DNA of 64,000 nucleotides from Selaginella moellendorffii (Eukaryota; Plantae; Lycopodiophyta): NCBI RefSeq assembly GCF_000143415.4, contig NW_003314401.1, positions 124,001 to 188,000 of the forward strand, read 5' to 3'. Shown piece by piece: positions 59,900 to 64,000 of this stretch (position 1 is its first letter; each line of letters starts with the position of its first letter). The notes under the pieces were generated by a model. It saw only the letters and a program-made list of their open reading frames with translations, ran no database searches and was not told where the DNA came from. The position numbers and the translations under genes were made by a program.

Positions 59900-59902
59900 A
59901 CC

Positions 59903-59968
59903 GCGCAGCGGAAGCGTGGTGGGCCCATAACCCACAGGTCCCAGGATCAAAACCTGGCTCCAATACCA
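59903..59968 (+). pseudogene. Retro-copied initiator tRNA-Met (positions 10 to CCA end)
   Basis: gcgcagcggaagcgtggtgggccCATaacccacaggtcccaggatcaaaacctggctccaataCCA matches plant tRNA-iMet; lacks first 9 nt; encodes CCA; abuts LTR. Confidence 0.93.
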
Positions 59969-60170
59969 AATTGTAAACTCCTGAATTTGGACTTCCCAGG
60001 AGGTCACCCAGCCCAGTACTATTCAAACCCAAGGACGCTTAACTCCAACTATCCCAAGACCCTTAACCGATTGGAAAAGGGGGTGCACTCTTGTTCATGG
60101 GCCCTTTCCCTCTATATTTGAACCCCATGGATCGTCTCTCGAGTCGTTCCCTTTGGTTGCTTACAACATT

Positions 60171-62339
60171 GTCCTTCCTCTCACACATCTCACTCGCAAG
60201 GATGTTCCCTTCTCTTGGTCTGCTGCTGCCCAGCAGGCCTTCGACACACTCAAGGCGGCCTTCAGTTCTGCTCCTGTCTTGATCCATGCTAATTCCTCAC
60301 AACCTTTCTTCATCGAGGCTGACGCCTCCCACTTTGCCATTGGTGTTGTGCTGTCTCAACTCGGAGCGGATCACGAACTTCATCCGGTTGCTTTCCATTC
60401 TCGGAAATTCCAGCCTACGGAGATCAATTACGAAATCCACGACAAGGAGCTCCTTGCCATCGTGGATTCCTTTGGAGAGTGGTGCCGTTTCTTGGAGGGG
60501 GCGAGCCATCAAACAACAGTCTGGACGGATCACAAAAATCTCGAGTACTTTGCCACTTCCCGAGTTTTAAGCCGTCGTCAAGCAAGGTGGGCACAATTCC
60601 TGAGTCGGTTTGACTTTGTTATCAAGTACAGACCTGGAAAGTTTCAAGGCCTTCCTGATGCTCTTTCAAGGCGCTCCTATCTCAGTCTCAGGCCTGGTAA
60701 TCCTGCCTTCGATCAACGGGATCAAGTTATCCTCGGTCCTGATCGGCTTCAAGTTATGGCAATTTCCCTGGCCCCTCAGGACTCCTCCTTGATGGATGCA
60801 ATCAGAAACGATCTTCAATCCGATGATCTCGCTAGCGACATCTTCCCCCATCTTCAGGCTGGACACCCAGTGACTCCCGACTGCCGGCGATTTGACGAGT
60901 TCGAGTTCTTAGATGGCTTATTGTACCGTGGGGAGCAGCTTTACGTTCCTGAAGGTGATGCTCGAAGGTTGGTCCTGATGGCGTGCCACGATAGCCCGAC
61001 TGCTGGTCACTTCGGCATTGCGAAAACCTATGAGCTAGTTGCACGGGACTTTTGGTGGCCTCACATGGATGACTACATCAAAGCTTTTGTTACCTCCTGT
61101 GACACTTGTGCCCGGAATAAGGTACCTCGCCACCTTCCTTCAGGTTTGCTTCGTTCCCTTCTGGTCCCTTCAGGTCCTTGGGAATCCATCTCCATGGATT
61201 TCTTGAGTGATCTTCCAAGTTCTGGAGGCTTCAACAGCATTTTAGTCGTGGTGGATCGCTTCACAAAGATGGCGCACTTCTTGCCATGTACCAAGGAATT
61301 TTCGGGCGAGGACATGGCAAAACTGGTATTCAGGGAAATTTTCCGACTTCATGGGATTCCTACAGATGTGGTTTCGGATCGGGGGCCTCAGTTCATCTCT
61401 CATTTCTGGCAACGGTTTTTGCAGTTGCTTGGAGTGAAGGCCAACCTCTCTTCGGCATATCATCCTCAAACTGATGGGCAGTCCGAGCGAACGATTGAGA
61501 CGTTGGAACAATTTTTGAGGTGCTTCATCAACTATCATCAGGATAACTGGTTCAATATCCTTCCCCTTGCTGAGTTCTCCTATAACAACTCTGTTCACTC
61601 CTCTCTTCGAGTTTCCCCCTTCTTTGCAAACTCTGGCCGAAATCCCCGATTCAATCTCTCACTTCCTTCTCCATCTGAATCCTCTTGTTCAAATCCCCAC
61701 TCTGAGGCATTTATCTCCAACCTCCAGGAAATCCACAACTCCATCTCCTTCCACCTCCATCGTGCTCAGGAATCTCATAAAACATTTGCCAATGTCCATC
61801 GTCAGGATTGTCCCCCTTACAATATCGGGGATAAAGTCTGGCTCCTCAGGCGAAATATCTCCACCACCAGGCCCTGTCCAAAACTCGATTTCAAATGCCT
61901 TGGTCCTTTCCCTATCACTGCCATCATTAATCCTGTGACTTATTGCCTTGCACTTCCCTCCTCATATCAAATTCACCCCGTTTTTCACTCCTCTCTCCTT
62001 GAGCCTTATATTCCCAGTCCTATTCCAAATCGGGTCATTCCTCCGCCTCCACCAGTGCAGCTCGAGGATGGGTCTAAGTACGAGGTTCAGGACATCCTTG
62101 ATTCCAAGATTTCACGGTCTAAACTCTACTATCTAGTGGACTGGAAGGGTTACGGACCTGAGGAACGCACTTGGGAACCTGTGGACAACCTGATTCATTC
62201 TCCTGACCTTGTTCAGGACTTCCACCGCCGCTATCCTTCTTGTCTCAGTCCTCATTCTTTTTCTCCATCTCCCATCCCTCGCCGCTCATCTCATCCTCCT
62301 CTTCGTTCTCGTTCACATCCTCGTTCCACTCGTTCTTGA
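60171..62339 (+). CDS. pol: pol of element C, 3' part (RNase H, integrase, chromodomain)
   Basis: Removing the insert and one TSD copy restores YSDIVLPLTHLTRK; EADASHFAIG, HHCC, SDRGPQF, QTDGQSER, YEVQDILDS..YLVDWKGYGPEERTWEP. Confidence 0.93.
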   Translation, partial: VLPLTHLTRKDVPFSWSAAAQQAFDTLKAAFSSAPVLIHANSSQPFFIEADASHFAIGVVLSQLGADHELHPVAFHSRKFQPTEINYEIHDKELLAIVDSFGEWCRFLEGASHQTTVWTDHKNLEYFATSRVLSRRQARWAQFLSRFDFVIKYRPGKFQGLPDALSRRSYLSLRPGNPAFDQRDQVILGPDRLQVMAISLAPQDSSLMDAIRNDLQSDDLASDIFPHLQAGHPVTPDCRRFDEFEFLDGLLYRGEQLYVPEGDARRLVLMACHDSPTAGHFGIAKTYELVARDFWWPHMDDYIKAFVTSCDTCARNKVPRHLPSGLLRSLLVPSGPWESISMDFLSDLPSSGGFNSILVVVDRFTKMAHFLPCTKEFSGEDMAKLVFREIFRLHGIPTDVVSDRGPQFISHFWQRFLQLLGVKANLSSAYHPQTDGQSERTIETLEQFLRCFINYHQDNWFNILPLAEFSYNNSVHSSLRVSPFFANSGRNPRFNLSLPSPSESSCSNPHSEAFISNLQEIHNSISFHLHRAQESHKTFANVHRQDCPPYNIGDKVWLLRRNISTTRPCPKLDFKCLGPFPITAIINPVTYCLALPSSYQIHPVFHSSLLEPYIPSPIPNRVIPPPPPVQLEDGSKYEVQDILDSKISRSKLYYLVDWKGYGPEERTWEPVDNLIHSPDLVQDFHRRYPSCLSPHSFSPSPIPRRSSHPPLRSRSHPRSTRS

Positions 62340-62924
62340 GGAGGGGGTGCTGTCAGGAATCCCCCAATTCTTGCCACATTCCTGACTCTCGCCGGATTCC
62401 TGACCTGCAGACCACATTCCTGACTCTCGAGACACTTCCCTATTCCTGAGTCTCGAGACACTTCCCTATTCCTGACTCTCGAGACACTTCCCGATTCCTG
62501 AGTCTCAGGCCACATTCCTGATGATGATGTGGCGCCTCCTCGACCTTAGCTATATTTAGGCCGTCCTCGATCCAAGAGTGGTGGAGTTTCATCAACCTAT
62601 AGTATATATAGGTTAGCCTTGTTCCATTTCTCCACAATCTGAATCAACGCTAGTCTAAGACCTTTTCTTTGTTTCCACTAGCTTTTTCTCTTTGTCTTTT
62701 TGCATTTTCCAGTCTTGATCTTGTCAGGGGTCTTGACACTACCCACCCACATGGCAATCACATTCTTGAGAACATATATTGCAAATCACACACTTATCGT
62801 TTTAGACATGATTTCAAAGATCCTTTAACCTACAACACTTTTGGGAGTTTATTCCTTACAGCTAATTCATATAAAATGTTGAAGCACATTAATAAGATGA
62901 CTTATCCAATGCAACTACCAATTT

Positions 62925-63213
62925 AATGCTTTATTTTGTTAAAGTGGAACTTATTCAGTAAAGTGGGACATTAATTAGCATGTGTCCACATGCCATTTCC
63001 TAGTACTTAATTAATATTTATTAATATTTCTATCAGTTTTTTAATTTATTTTTTATATTTCACAATATTATAACACAAAATCATATGAAAAGTTTTTAAT
63101 TTATAAATTATAAAGCTAAAACTTCAATTTTTTATTGTTGTTATAAAAATGGCATGTGGCCACACACCATAAGTGGGATAATGAAAAGTTCCACTTTAAC
63201 AAAATAAAGCATT
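62925..63213. mobile_element. MITE-like foldback element
   Basis: 28-bp perfect TIR aatgctttattttgttaaagtggaactt (62925-62952 / 63186-63213), plus an inner inverted ccacatgccattt pair; AT-rich core. Confidence 0.7.
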
Positions 63214-63619
63214 TTAGATAAAAATTCACTTAATATTTTATATTAGCAAGTTGAAAAGTGTACTATATTGGAATGAAAGGCCCAACACTTCCTTGATGTA
63301 TATGGTTATAAAGAATTTGAGTATCATAAATACAACTCATCCTTGGGATAAAAATTTTATTGGGGGGTGGGAGAGAATTGTTAAGTGTTAGTTTTGATAT
63401 AGTATATGTGATTATGGGATGAAATTTAAATATAACTTTGGGTGATATATGAAGATAAAATAACCATTAAAAGCTTTTTTATCATAATTTCTTTTATTCC
63501 TTCTTGCTATATAGGTCAAACTAATCTTAAAGGTATATTAAAGCATGGCTAGTTCAATGGTGGAGTTTTTAAGGTAGTTCGCTAGTGGTTAATAAGTGGT
63601 GAGAACCTCAAGAGGATGT

Positions 63620-64000
63620 TGTAAACTCATAAATTTTGACTTCCTAGTAACTGATTGGAAAAAAAATATGCACTCTTATTCATAAGCTCTTTTATATTTG
63701 AATCTCATGAATTGTTTTTTAAGTCGTTTTTTTTTGTTACTTACAATCTACCACATTTTCTTGTAAGTTCATGCCCTCATGAATAGAAGCTGAGAGCTAT
63801 AGCTCTCCTAAAAGTCCCACTCTCTTAATACCTTACCCCTCAAGTCAAGTCTAGCCAAAGGCAAATTAAACATACCAAATGTCAATCTCAACATATAGTG
63901 TGGACGGAAGCTGAGAGTCATAGTTTTCCCAAGAGTTTCACTCTCTTGATATTTTACCCCTCAAGTTAAGCCCAACCAAAGGCAAACTAAACCTGCCAAA
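63620..64000 (-). mobile_element. Older degenerate Cassandra-family copy, 5S core deleted, internal segment tandemly duplicated
   Basis: 63620-63745 aligns to the LTR at 55845-56038 minus most of the 5S segment; 63786-63902 and 63906-64000 each match 56078-56190. Confidence 0.8.

Larger units (their letters stand above)
55845..60165 (-). mobile_element. Chimeric Cassandra-LTR-bounded insertion (element D)
   Basis: 194-bp LTRs 55845-56038 and 59972-60165 (3 mismatches by eye); TSD ACATT at 55840-55844 and 60166-60170. Confidence 0.92.
52878..62738 (+). mobile_element. Ty3/Gypsy chromovirus (Tcn1/Tf1-sushi-like; element C)
   Basis: LTRs 52878-53211 and 62351-62738 (TG..CA); TSD CTACC (52873-52877, 62739-62743); PPT gaggagggggtgc; gag-PR-RT-RH-INT-chromodomain. 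Confidence 0.95.

Noticed and set aside
59903-59968. Functional tRNA-iMet gene
   Set aside because: Lacks the first 9 nt of the acceptor stem, encodes CCA, has no poly-T terminator and abuts an LTR
63558-63575. Short match to the reverse complement of 56667-56683
   Set aside because: Too short and in the opposite relative orientation to imply a second chimera

Overview
Eukaryotic plant DNA. The compact gene spacing, ~50-nt introns and PLS-type PPR genes suggest a lycophyte such as Selaginella (inference). 1-34 kb is gene-dense: SDE3/MOV10 helicase, Ole e 1/PDF1-like, LCM-type methyltransferase, three PPRs, an L-type lectin receptor kinase, type II peroxiredoxin, TPR protein, TFIIA-L, plastid rpl3, a P450, an uncharacterised acidic-motif protein, pseudouridine kinase and a TMEM185-RING E3. 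It also holds a reciprocally decayed segmental duplication. 34.6-64 kb is nested LTR retrotransposons. The main find is a 4.3-kb chimeric insertion (55845-60165, TSD ACATT) bounded by Cassandra-type LTRs that carry 5S rRNA sequence. It contains a Cassandra internal region, a captured Gypsy chromovirus pol whose integrase is interrupted by two intron-like inserts, four telomere repeats, and a reverse-transcribed tRNA-iMet (with CCA) that stops exactly at position 10. The host chromovirus has a Tf1-like self-priming PBS and a PEG10-like GGGAAAC plus pseudoknot -1 frameshift signal. All alignments were made by eye.
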